A DNA stretch of 64,000 bases, from assembly GCA_902580215.1 (NCBI GenBank), contig CACHJT010000005.1, positions 36,428-100,427 of the forward strand, given 5' to 3'. The number at the start of each line of letters is the position of its first letter. The stretch's first letter is position 1. Below, in pieces: positions 26,782 through 35,701 of this stretch. The notes under the pieces are model-generated. The model had not been told where the DNA came from. It made no database searches and worked only from the letters and a program-made list of their open reading frames with translations. Both the position numbers and the translations under genes were made by a program. Source of the stretch: an uncultured Candidatus Actinomarina sp. GTDB taxonomy: Bacteria; Actinomycetota; Acidimicrobiia; Actinomarinales; Actinomarinaceae.

Positions 26782-28185
26782 TTAACTTGGTATGTATAAA
26801 ACAGAAGATTTTGAATTATTAGAGATGAATTCTGTTGTTTTCTTACTTTGCCATGATTGGTTAGTTCCATTTCCAATAATTGAAAGATCAAACTTAGAAG
26901 ATAAATCAGTAAAGATTTTAGCTTCATTACCCTCATGATTTTCAAAATCTAACTGGACTTCATAAGATAAAGCTAAGTCCTGCATTTTTTCTAAGGAATC
27001 GGTGAGCTGAGCAGCATCGTCAGATTGCAAAAATTTTGGTTGTGTTATGTTGACTGCTATCAAAGAAGCAGATAAAGAAGAAGCTAAATCAAATGCTATA
27101 GAATTTGAAGTGTTTTCACCAAAATCATTATTGGCAAGTATTCCAATCGTTTTGTAAGGGTATGTTGATTTTGAAAAAAGAACAGGAGTCTTAGTTTTAT
27201 TAGAAATGTTTATTAATGATTTAATTTTTGCTTTTGATATTCCTTCTTCGAGAGGGTAAAAAATAGTTCCAATAGAACCATCATTAACCATGTTTTCGAT
27301 ATCTTTATTAGAAATTTTATTTTTTAAAGTCATTTCAAACTCTTGATCCTTCAAAATAGCTTTAAAGGTTTCGTCAGTTGACTCAAGATTATTATCAAAC
27401 AAATCTTCTTTGGTTAAAACCATTAAAGAGGTTGCTTTTGTATTTCTAGTGTAAAATTCAGATTCAGATAAATTTTTTAAATTGTCTTTATTTTCCAGAA
27501 CTACGAGAATATTTTTTCCATATTCTAAAGGATATCTTGATTCCGATCCTGAAAATAAATTAATTACATTCGAGAATGCACCTGATTGCAAAACAATCGT
27601 TACAAGATCACCTGTTTCGATTTCAGTGTCACCATGTGGAATGATTACTTTTCCTTTTCTTAGTAAAGCTCCAACAATGTAATAATCAGATCCAATTTCT
27701 TTTAACTTCTTACCTCTGACTGGGCTGTCAGAGCTAATTTCTATTTCTATTGCTTCAGCTCTTCCACCAGCAAAAGCTTGTGAAACAACTCTCCTTGGTT
27801 CTAATATATGTTCAAACCTTCTAGCAAGAAGAATATTGGGCTCTACTACTTCTGCTCCAAGATTTTTGTAACTATCAGCATTTGAAGCTTCGTTGACAAC
27901 TGAAGATAATCTAAAAATATCATTTTGTTTTGCAATTTTTAATACTTCTAAATTTACTTCATCATTTAATGTAAGCGTTATAACGGCAGTCGTGCTTTCT
28001 AATCCTGCTTTTTTTAAAACTAAAGATGAAGTTGCATCTCCCTGTATTTTTTCTATTTGCCTATTTGTACTAAAGTTTCTTAATTTATCTTGATCTAAAT
28101 CAATAACAGATATTGACCATCCAGAACTAATTCTATTTATTAGCTCTTTTGCTTCACCGTGTGCGCCTACAATTATTACTTTCAA
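26782..28185 (-). CDS. RCK (TrkA-N + TrkA-C) regulatory protein with a ~230-aa USP-like C-terminal extension
   Basis: 467 aa. MKVIIVGAHGEAKEL (degenerate GxGxxG). TrkA-C pattern RGKKLKEIG ... GDTEIETGDLVTIV. The C-terminal half looks like a tandem degenerate universal-stress-protein fold. Confidence 0.7.
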   Translation of the reverse strand: MKVIIVGAHGEAKELINRISSGWSISVIDLDQDKLRNFSTNRQIEKIQGDATSSLVLKKAGLESTTAVITLTLNDEVNLEVLKIAKQNDIFRLSSVVNEASNADSYKNLGAEVVEPNILLARRFEHILEPRRVVSQAFAGGRAEAIEIEISSDSPVRGKKLKEIGSDYYIVGALLRKGKVIIPHGDTEIETGDLVTIVLQSGAFSNVINLFSGSESRYPLEYGKNILVVLENKDNLKNLSESEFYTRNTKATSLMVLTKEDLFDNNLESTDETFKAILKDQEFEMTLKNKISNKDIENMVNDGSIGTIFYPLEEGISKAKIKSLINISNKTKTPVLFSKSTYPYKTIGILANNDFGENTSNSIAFDLASSLSASLIAVNITQPKFLQSDDAAQLTDSLEKMQDLALSYEVQLDFENHEGNEAKIFTDLSSKFDLSIIGNGTNQSWQSKKTTEFISNNSKSSVLYIPS

Positions 28186-28275
28186 GAGTTTTATTATCCT
28201 ATATTTTCATTTTAGTTAAAGAACTTCTTTGTAAAGCATTTTTATATAAATAACTACTAAATATGCGTTTTAAGT

Positions 28276-29367
28276 CTAAACGCTGAATAAAAAGTGGATA
28301 ACGTCACCATCTTTAACAATATATTCTTTACCTTCAGACCTAAGCTTGCCTGCTTCTTTTGACCCTTTTTCTCCGTTATTTTGAATATAGTCATCAAAGG
28401 TTACTGTTTCTGCTCTGATAAATCCTCTCTCAAAATCGGTGTGTATTTTACCAGCCGCTTTTGGTGCACTATCTCCAACATTTATTGTCCAAGCACGTAC
28501 CTCTTTTTCTCCAGCAGTAAAATAAGTTTGTAAACCTAATAATTTGTATCCAGCCCTGGTCAACCTATCAAGGCCAGACTCCTCAAGACCAAGTTCTTTG
28601 AGGAATTCAATTTTTTCATCGTTTGTTAATCCGGAAATTTCAGCTTCAAGCTCAGCGCATATTGCAACAACTTCTGAACCTTCTTCATTAGCTAAATCAT
28701 ATATTTGATTTAAAAATGGATTACTTTCAAATCCATCTTCATTAACATTCGCAACATACAAAACAGGTTTAATTGTTAGAAGTTGAAAACCTTTTAATAG
28801 TTTTTGTTCTTCTTCGTTAAACGAAACTGTTCTTAATGACTTACCTTCCTCAAGAACGGGTAGGATCTTTTCAAGTAAATTTTTTAATGGTAGTCCTTCT
28901 TTTTGACCTGCTTTCGAGCCTTTTACAGCTTTCTGATACAGACTTTCAACTGTGCTTAAATCTGCAAGAACTAACTCTGTATTAATAATTTCTATATCGT
29001 CTTTTGGAGATACCTTTCCTGAGACATGAACGATATCTTCGTTTTCAAAAGCTCGAACAACATGCACGATTGCATCAGTTTCTCGAATATTAGTTAAAAA
29101 CTGATTACCTAAGCCTTCACCCTTGGAAGCTCCTTCAACAAGACCAGCAATATCTACGAATTCCATTGAAGTAGGAATAATTTCTTTTGGATTTACAATT
29201 TTGGCTAATTGACCTAACCGAATGTCATTTACAGGTACAACGCCAATATTTGGTTCAATTGTACAAAAAGGGTAATTTGCAGACTCAATACCGGCCTGTG
29301 TTAAAGCATTAAATAGTGTTGACTTTCCTACATTCGGCAGACCTACTATACCGCATTTAAACCCCAT
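28276..29367 (-). CDS. ychF: Ribosome-binding ATPase YchF
   Basis: 363 aa. [19 protein letters not shown]-terminal TGS-like domain. Confidence 0.95.
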   Translation of the reverse strand: MGFKCGIVGLPNVGKSTLFNALTQAGIESANYPFCTIEPNIGVVPVNDIRLGQLAKIVNPKEIIPTSMEFVDIAGLVEGASKGEGLGNQFLTNIRETDAIVHVVRAFENEDIVHVSGKVSPKDDIEIINTELVLADLSTVESLYQKAVKGSKAGQKEGLPLKNLLEKILPVLEEGKSLRTVSFNEEEQKLLKGFQLLTIKPVLYVANVNEDGFESNPFLNQIYDLANEEGSEVVAICAELEAEISGLTNDEKIEFLKELGLEESGLDRLTRAGYKLLGLQTYFTAGEKEVRAWTINVGDSAPKAAGKIHTDFERGFIRAETVTFDDYIQNNGEKGSKEAGKLRSEGKEYIVKDGDVIHFLFSV

Positions 29368-29533
29368 ATATCATTATCCTTTTTTTTAACTACCTCAGTT
29401 TAAAAAGCAAAATACAAATAAATACTTTCAATAAATTAAAGACATATTAAATATAGTGTGTAAATTTATTAAATTTAAGTTTCTATTCCTCATCATTCAA
29501 TTTATTTGATTAAAGTTTTATATAAGGGGGGAT

Positions 29534-30838
29534 ATGAACGAAAAAAATAACAAAAGAACCATTTTTGGCTGGTCAATGTATGACTGGGCCAAATCAGCAT
29601 ATGAAACTACTACTCTTGGGGCTGTCTTACCTGTTTACTTTGTAAGTGTTGTTGTACCAGAAGAAGGCTTTGTCTTCAGAGGTAATGTATATACCGGAGC
29701 AGAAGTCTGGGGCTTTGCTATTGGTTCTGCATTATTCATATTTTTTCTCATAATGCCAACAATTGGTGCAGTTGCTGATATGTCTGGTAGCAGAATGAAA
29801 TTATTTAAGATATTTGCTTATGGAGGTGCTGTTTTTGCATCTTCATTTTACTTTGCAACATCAGGTGATGTCATATTGACATTAGTGATTTACTTTTTAG
29901 CTCAATTTGGCGCTACAGGTTCGAATGTTTTTTACGACAGTGTTCTGAAAGATATAACAACTGATGATACTATTGATGCAGTTTCTGCAAGAGGTTATGC
30001 ACTTGGTTATCTTGGTGGTGGAACCCAGCTAATTTTATCATTCGCAATAATACTCCTTGGTCCAGACCTACTAGGGATAGATGCCGCTTTAGCTTCAAGG
30101 ATAGCAATTTCATTAGCTGGTCTGTGGTGGCTTGTATTTTCAGTATTTAGTTTTTCAAGAATGAACATAGTCGAGACAAGATCAGGTTCTGGAAAAGGTT
30201 CTATATCAGAAGCTTATAGTAGGAATTTTAAGACTTTGAAAAAAATTAGAAAATTTCCTTTTTTACTTTACTTTTTGGTTGCCTACATATTTTTCTGGGA
30301 TGGCTTACAAACATTAATTAATATGTCAGCAGCATTCTTTACAGAAGTTCTGCTTTTAGACCAGACCCAAGTACTCATCGTATTCTTAGTTGTTCAGTTT
30401 GTTGCCTACTTTGGTGCAAAACTAGCTGGAAATCTTGCTACTAAAATTGGTCAAAAAAATGTGTTATATTACACAATGTTTTTACTTTTCCTAGTGGGTA
30501 ATGCTGGTTACATTGTTCCAGAAAAGCAACTAATCCCTGTAATCATCATGGGCATTATTACAGCTATGGGAATGGGTGGACTTCAGTCTGTCAGTAGAAG
30601 TGTTTATGCAGCTATGTTACCAAAGGGTGCTGAGGGAGAATTTATGGGATTCTTTTCAGTCCTATCTAGATTTTCAGCTATCTGGGGTCCACTAATTTAT
30701 GCATATGTCAGTGCCTCGACTGGAAACCCAAGGCTTTCGCTTCCAGTCATTACATCTTTTTTCTTAATTGGAGCATTGCTTCTTAGAAAAGTAGATATGG
30801 ACAAGAGAATTAGCGAAGAGGAGTGGGCTGCTAGTTAG
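29534..30838 (+). CDS. MFS transporter, UMF1/Atg22-like
   Basis: 434 aa, 12 TM. N-terminal FGWSMYDWAKSAYETT is typical of UMF1. RBS AAGGGGGG upstream. Confidence 0.75.
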   Translation: MNEKNNKRTIFGWSMYDWAKSAYETTTLGAVLPVYFVSVVVPEEGFVFRGNVYTGAEVWGFAIGSALFIFFLIMPTIGAVADMSGSRMKLFKIFAYGGAVFASSFYFATSGDVILTLVIYFLAQFGATGSNVFYDSVLKDITTDDTIDAVSARGYALGYLGGGTQLILSFAIILLGPDLLGIDAALASRIAISLAGLWWLVFSVFSFSRMNIVETRSGSGKGSISEAYSRNFKTLKKIRKFPFLLYFLVAYIFFWDGLQTLINMSAAFFTEVLLLDQTQVLIVFLVVQFVAYFGAKLAGNLATKIGQKNVLYYTMFLLFLVGNAGYIVPEKQLIPVIIMGIITAMGMGGLQSVSRSVYAAMLPKGAEGEFMGFFSVLSRFSAIWGPLIYAYVSASTGNPRLSLPVITSFFLIGALLLRKVDMDKRISEEEWAAS

Positions 30839-31670
30839 TTTGAATTAATCTTGATAGATTAAAAAATAAAGCAGACACTGTAATTGGACCAACCCCACCT
30901 GGAAATGGTGCTCGTGAACTAATTACCTCACCTATTTCAAGTGTGTCAATATCTCCATATGTTTTACCATCAACTGAAGATATTCCAATATCAATTATTG
31001 TTGCTCCATTTTTGAAATAAGTACTGTCGTACATTTTTGCTGAACCTATTGCAGAAATAAAAATATCAGCTTCTTTTGTAAATAATTTTTGATTTGTAGT
31101 CCTACTGTGAATGATTGAAACATTAGCATTGTAACTTTTTGATGACAAAATTTTAGCTAATGGCGCTGATACCAGCCTTGACCTTCCAGCAATAACTACG
31201 TTCTTATCTTCCGTTTGAATATTGTAAAAATTTAATAATTCCAATACTGCAAGTGAAGTTGCTGGTATTAACTTATATGTATCTGAAAACAAACTTCCAA
31301 GATTGTAAGATGTTAATCCGTCTACATCAATCTCATGTGGAATACGGTTAATTGCTTCTTCTGGATTAAGATGGCTTGGGAGGGGAAGCTGAATTATCAA
31401 GCCATCAGTAGCTTTTGACTCTTCAGATATAACTTCCTCTAAAGTTTCTTGAGAAGTATCAGTATCTAGTTTTAACCAATTGAATTCTACTCCAAGGTGT
31501 GTTGCTTTTTCTTGTTTACGCGTAACATATAATAAAGAAGCTGGGTTATCTCCCACTGTAATTGCAGTCAAGTGAGGTTTCTTATTATCTTTGCTGTATT
31601 CTTGAAAGACATTTTTACTGATTTCATCAAGTTGCTCTGCAACAGGTGCGCCAAAAAGTAATTGTTCCAT
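30831..31670 (-). CDS. folD: Bifunctional methylenetetrahydrofolate dehydrogenase/cyclohydrolase
   Basis: 279 aa. VGDNPASLLYVTRK, PGGVGPITVS. Confidence 0.9.
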   Translation of the reverse strand: MEQLLFGAPVAEQLDEISKNVFQEYSKDNKKPHLTAITVGDNPASLLYVTRKQEKATHLGVEFNWLKLDTDTSQETLEEVISEESKATDGLIIQLPLPSHLNPEEAINRIPHEIDVDGLTSYNLGSLFSDTYKLIPATSLAVLELLNFYNIQTEDKNVVIAGRSRLVSAPLAKILSSKSYNANVSIIHSRTTNQKLFTKEADIFISAIGSAKMYDSTYFKNGATIIDIGISSVDGKTYGDIDTLEIGEVISSRAPFPGGVGPITVSALFFNLSRLIQTN

Positions 31671-31738
31671 TTTTAATAGTTTAATAATTATGAAACATAC
31701 TTACTAGATAACTTTATTAAAATAGCAATGAGCAAAAT

Positions 31739-32926
31739 ATGGATATTTCAAAATTAGATCAAAAAATAAAGCCTTCTGGAACAATGGCTATTTCAAACAA
31801 ATCTAGAGAATTAAAGTCACAAGGCAAACCAGTTATCGGGTTTGGTGCTGGAGAACCAGACTTTCCTTCCCCAGATTATGTAGTAGATGCAGCTATAAAA
31901 GCGGCAGCTGATCCTAAAAATCATAAGTACTCTCCTGCAGCAGGTCTTGAGTCACTTAGACAAATAATTGCAAAAACTACTAAAGATTACTCAGGATTTG
32001 AAATAAATTCAGATAATGTAATTGTTTCTAATGGTGGAAAGCAGTCAATACTTACTGCATTTTTATCTATATTAGACCCTGGAGATGAAGTTATCATACC
32101 TGCGCCTTATTGGACAACTTATCCAGAAGCAGTGAAAATTGCTGGAGGGACTCCTGTTTTTATTGAAACTGAAAAGAGCAATAATTTTAAAGTTACAGTT
32201 GAACAATTGGAAAAAAGTAAATCTAAGAATACAAAAATGTTGGTTTGGTGTTCCCCATCAAACCCTACAGGAGTAGTTTATTCAAAAGAAGAAGCTGAAG
32301 AAATTTATGAATGGATATTCAAAAATGATTTATGGATTTTGTCTGATGAACTATATGAACATCTAGTTTACGAAGGAGAAACATCTCCATCACCAGCTGT
32401 ATACGATCCAGAATTAAAGAATACAATTATTGTAAACGGTGTTTCAAAGTCATACTCAATGACAGGATGGAGAGTTGGTTGGTTAATTGGAAACAAAAGC
32501 GTAATAGGGCTTGGAAAAAAAATACAGTCACAGGCTACATCAAATGTTTCTAATGTGTCTCAATTAGCTGCGGAAGCTGCACTACTTAATGGGCTTGATG
32601 TAACTAACGAAATGAAAATAGCCTTCAACAGAAGGAGGCTCTTTGCAACCGAGAAAATTAACAGCATTCCAAATCTTAATGTTGTAGATAGCACTGGAGC
32701 TTTTTACCTATTTGTTGATGTTAGTCACTATTGTTCCGGAAAAAATGGATTGAATTCTTCAGAAGAATTTTGTGATTGGCTCTTAGAGAATTATTTTATA
32801 GCGTTTGTTCCTGGTGAAGTTTTTGGAACTCCAGGATTTATGAGGTTATCATATGCTTTAAGCGATGAAGATCTTGATAATGGATTGAGTCGACTAAGTG
32901 AAGCTATAGATAATTTGAATGAATAA
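31739..32926 (+). CDS. Aspartate/aromatic aminotransferase (class I PLP)
   Basis: 395 aa. SPSNPTG, SKSYSMTGWRVGW (PLP Lys). Confidence 0.9.
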   Translation: MDISKLDQKIKPSGTMAISNKSRELKSQGKPVIGFGAGEPDFPSPDYVVDAAIKAAADPKNHKYSPAAGLESLRQIIAKTTKDYSGFEINSDNVIVSNGGKQSILTAFLSILDPGDEVIIPAPYWTTYPEAVKIAGGTPVFIETEKSNNFKVTVEQLEKSKSKNTKMLVWCSPSNPTGVVYSKEEAEEIYEWIFKNDLWILSDELYEHLVYEGETSPSPAVYDPELKNTIIVNGVSKSYSMTGWRVGWLIGNKSVIGLGKKIQSQATSNVSNVSQLAAEAALLNGLDVTNEMKIAFNRRRLFATEKINSIPNLNVVDSTGAFYLFVDVSHYCSGKNGLNSSEEFCDWLLENYFIAFVPGEVFGTPGFMRLSYALSDEDLDNGLSRLSEAIDNLNE

Positions 32927-34127
32927 TATAACAAAAAAAAGTCTTTTTTCTTGGCTTCTTTTCGATTTAGCAAATACAGTTTACGCATTTATCATTCCTG
33001 GTTTGTATTTTTCAGTATGGCTAGTAAGTGAAAAAGGCTGGACAGACCAACAATTAGGATTAGCTACTTCAACAGCAATGGTTATAGTTGCTATTTTAGG
33101 ACCATGGATTGGTAGAAAATCTGATAGTTCTCAAGGTAAAAAGAAAATTTTACTTTTTATGACTCTTATTTGTATTATTTCAACTTTCTTACTTGGCACA
33201 TTTTCAGTTGAAGTATCGGTTCTATTATTCGTTTTTTCATTAATTGGGTTTAATTTAGGATCAGTAGTCTATGACGCATTGCTTGTTTCTGTTAGCAATG
33301 AGGAAAACAGGGGGAAAATATCTGGTTTAGGAGTAGCCTTCGGATACACAGGTTCATTAATTGGTTTTGGAGTTGCTACTTTATTACAAAATATGGGCTA
33401 CAGCTATGTAGAAATATTTAAATCTGTTGCTTTTTTGTTTTTAATATTTTCACTACCTGCCTTTTTATTTATTGAAGAAAAAATTACATCTAAAGAAAAA
33501 GTTAAAATTAGCATTTTGAATTCTTTAAATGTTGTTATTAACTCCTGGAAACACTCAAGACATTACACAGGGCTTACAAGATTTTTAGTTGGAAGGTTTT
33601 TTTATGCCGATGCAATAAATACTCTAATTAGTGGATTGTTAGCAGTTTATCTAGTTGAAGAAGTCGGCCTTACTCCAGCAGACAGTCAAAGTATCCTTGC
33701 TTTAGCTATAGTCGTCTCAATCATAGGTGGGTATATTTTTGGAAAAGCTGCCGATAGATTTGGTCCAAGAAGACTTATATTGATTAGTATTTTTTGCTGG
33801 ATGCTTTCTTTATCTCTAGCAATTATTGCTACTGAATTTAATCAACTTTGGTTAATATACGTCACTGGTGTTCTTGGAGGATTTAACATTGGAGGAATTT
33901 TTGCTGTTGATAGAGTCTTTATGACTCGACTTTCTCCTGAAAAACATTTGGGTGAGTTTTATGGTTTATATTCAACAGTTGGAAGATTTGCAACAATTAT
34001 AGGCCCAATACTTTGGGGAGTAATTGTTAATAGTTTGGGATTGGGAAGGAATGTTGCAATGGGATCTTTAATAGTTCTCTTAGCTATTTCTTACTACATT
34101 ATTAGTGGAGTATCAGATAAAGCTTAA
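32919..34127 (+). CDS. MFS transporter, UMF1/Atg22-like (paralog of 29534..30838)
   Basis: 402 aa, 12 TM. N-terminal FSWLLFDLANTVY. Confidence 0.75.
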   Translation: MNNITKKSLFSWLLFDLANTVYAFIIPGLYFSVWLVSEKGWTDQQLGLATSTAMVIVAILGPWIGRKSDSSQGKKKILLFMTLICIISTFLLGTFSVEVSVLLFVFSLIGFNLGSVVYDALLVSVSNEENRGKISGLGVAFGYTGSLIGFGVATLLQNMGYSYVEIFKSVAFLFLIFSLPAFLFIEEKITSKEKVKISILNSLNVVINSWKHSRHYTGLTRFLVGRFFYADAINTLISGLLAVYLVEEVGLTPADSQSILALAIVVSIIGGYIFGKAADRFGPRRLILISIFCWMLSLSLAIIATEFNQLWLIYVTGVLGGFNIGGIFAVDRVFMTRLSPEKHLGEFYGLYSTVGRFATIIGPILWGVIVNSLGLGRNVAMGSLIVLLAISYYIISGVSDKA

Positions 34128-34129
34128 AA

Positions 34130-34471
34130 TTAAAAAAAGAAAAACCTCTTTTTGTTTTTTACTTCTTCTAACTGCTGTCTTGTATTTTTAAGTTTTTCTC
34201 TAAGAAAATCTGCTTCAGATTCTGCTTTAGCTGCCCTTTCACGAGCTTCAGCCATTTGTTGGCTTGCCTCATGTAAATTTCCTAATTGATTTAAGACTGT
34301 ATTCCAAGCATCAAGAGGAACAAGAAGACTTCCTTCTTCAGGAACCTCAATATCTTTTTGTGGATTATCCGATGGCTTTTCCTCTGAAATACTTTCTTCA
34401 GGTTTTTGATCGGTATTTTCTTTTTTTAAAAAATTGTACTTTTCAGCCATCCTGTCTTCGTAGCTACTCAT
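34130..34471 (-). CDS. Hypothetical acidic coiled-coil protein (113 aa)
   Basis: 8-nt overlap with the upstream gene. Disordered acidic N-half, helical C-half (AEARERAAKAESEADFLREKLKNTRQQLEE), ends in KKRFFFF. Confidence 0.5.
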   Translation of the reverse strand: MSSYEDRMAEKYNFLKKENTDQKPEESISEEKPSDNPQKDIEVPEEGSLLVPLDAWNTVLNQLGNLHEASQQMAEARERAAKAESEADFLREKLKNTRQQLEEVKNKKRFFFF

Positions 34472-35405
34472 TAATAAAATCCTCTTTCATAGTATCTAAA
34501 GTTGTGTTTTTAAAAACAAATCCTTTTTCAAGTAATTTTTTAGGTATTGCTCTTATACTATTTAATCCTAATTGCTCACCAAGTTCCCAGCCAACAGCTA
34601 CACGCATAATTATTGGAGGTAATGGAGGAGCAAAATATTTTTTATTCATTGTTTTGGCAATAATTCTTGCGAATTCTTTTTGTTGAAGAGGTTCTGGGGC
34701 GGTGCAATTAACTGGTCCGCTAATATCTGAGTTGTTTAAACAGAAAATATAAGCAGAGACAAGATCATCAACTGATACCCAGGAAAAATATTGTTCTCCC
34801 TTTCCAATAGGTCCTGATAAATTTAACTTGGAAACCAATGTAAAGATTTGAGTTGCTACATTCCCCTTTCCAAGGACAATACCCGCTCGACACATTACTA
34901 CTCGTACACCTAGCTTACGAATTTCATCTAAAGGTCCCTCCCATGCTTCTTCAACAACAAGTTGTAGATATTGACCCCGATTATAAGAAGTCTCCTCAGT
35001 AACTACCTCATCTCCATGGTCTCCATATACATCATTTCCAGAAGCAGTTATAAAAATTTTGGGATGATTTTCAGATGATTGATATGCCTGAATAAATGTC
35101 TCAGATGCCCATTTTCTTGACCAGTATATTCTTGATTTTCTTTCTTTACTCCACCTTCCACCAGCAAAAGGAAGGAATCCAAAAATATCTTTTGGTGCAA
35201 TACTTTCACCTGCTAGATGTATGACTGCATCAAGGGATTCGAATTTCTCTTGATCAATTTCTTTTTTAGAAGGTTTCCAATAAATTTCATTTTCATTCTT
35301 AGGTTCTCTTCTTACAAATTTGTAAACTTCAAAATCAGATTCATTTAAAGCTTTACAAAGTTTCCTACCAATAAAACCTGATGCACCCGTTACACCTATT
35401 TTCAT
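34464..35405 (-). CDS. TIGR01777-family NAD-dependent epimerase/dehydratase-like protein (YfcH-like, DUF1731 C-terminus)
   Basis: 313 aa. MKIGVTGASGFIGRKL. Confidence 0.8.
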   Translation of the reverse strand: MKIGVTGASGFIGRKLCKALNESDFEVYKFVRREPKNENEIYWKPSKKEIDQEKFESLDAVIHLAGESIAPKDIFGFLPFAGGRWSKERKSRIYWSRKWASETFIQAYQSSENHPKIFITASGNDVYGDHGDEVVTEETSYNRGQYLQLVVEEAWEGPLDEIRKLGVRVVMCRAGIVLGKGNVATQIFTLVSKLNLSGPIGKGEQYFSWVSVDDLVSAYIFCLNNSDISGPVNCTAPEPLQQKEFARIIAKTMNKKYFAPPLPPIIMRVAVGWELGEQLGLNSIRAIPKKLLEKGFVFKNTTLDTMKEDFINE

Positions 35406-35701
35406 TCTTCTTCACCATAAAAAACAAAAAAGTTTTTAAGAGTCTCCTCTACTTCAGATATATCAGATCCTAAATTTCTATTAAAGTTAACAGTTACGAT
35501 GTTAGATTGAATAAAAATTGTATCTATATCATTAGTCTCTTGAAATAACTTTAAAGCTAGCTGGCCACTTACATCGGGTATTAATGATGCTTCAGAAATA
35601 TTATGGAAAGTCATTCCCTCTTGACCTGAAACAGACCTATTCAAATCAAAAATAATTGTCTTATTTAACTTTGTGCTTTTAACTTCAATAATTTGCCCCA
35701 T
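35402..35701 (-). CDS. Stand-alone Nfu_N-like (scaffold protein Nfu/NifU N-terminal) domain protein
   Basis: 99 aa. Pattern IEVKST.L...IFDL ... LALKLF ... IFIQSNIVTVNF resembles the NFU1 N-domain. Overlaps both neighbours by 1-4 nt. Confidence 0.5.
   Translation of the reverse strand: MGQIIEVKSTKLNKTIIFDLNRSVSGQEGMTFHNISEASLIPDVSGQLALKLFQETNDIDTIFIQSNIVTVNFNRNLGSDISEVEETLKNFFVFYGEEE

Noticed and set aside
28265-28283. Hairpin GCGTTT-(7 nt)-AAACGC at the ychF stop as a terminator
   Set aside because: The stem is only 6 bp, it overlaps the stop codon, and it is followed by ATATTT rather than a U-tract. That is too weak to call.
34264-34686. 140-aa plus-strand ORF
   Set aside because: It is antisense across the junction of two well-supported minus-strand genes (coiled-coil ORF and TIGR01777 protein). 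No motif and no RBS.
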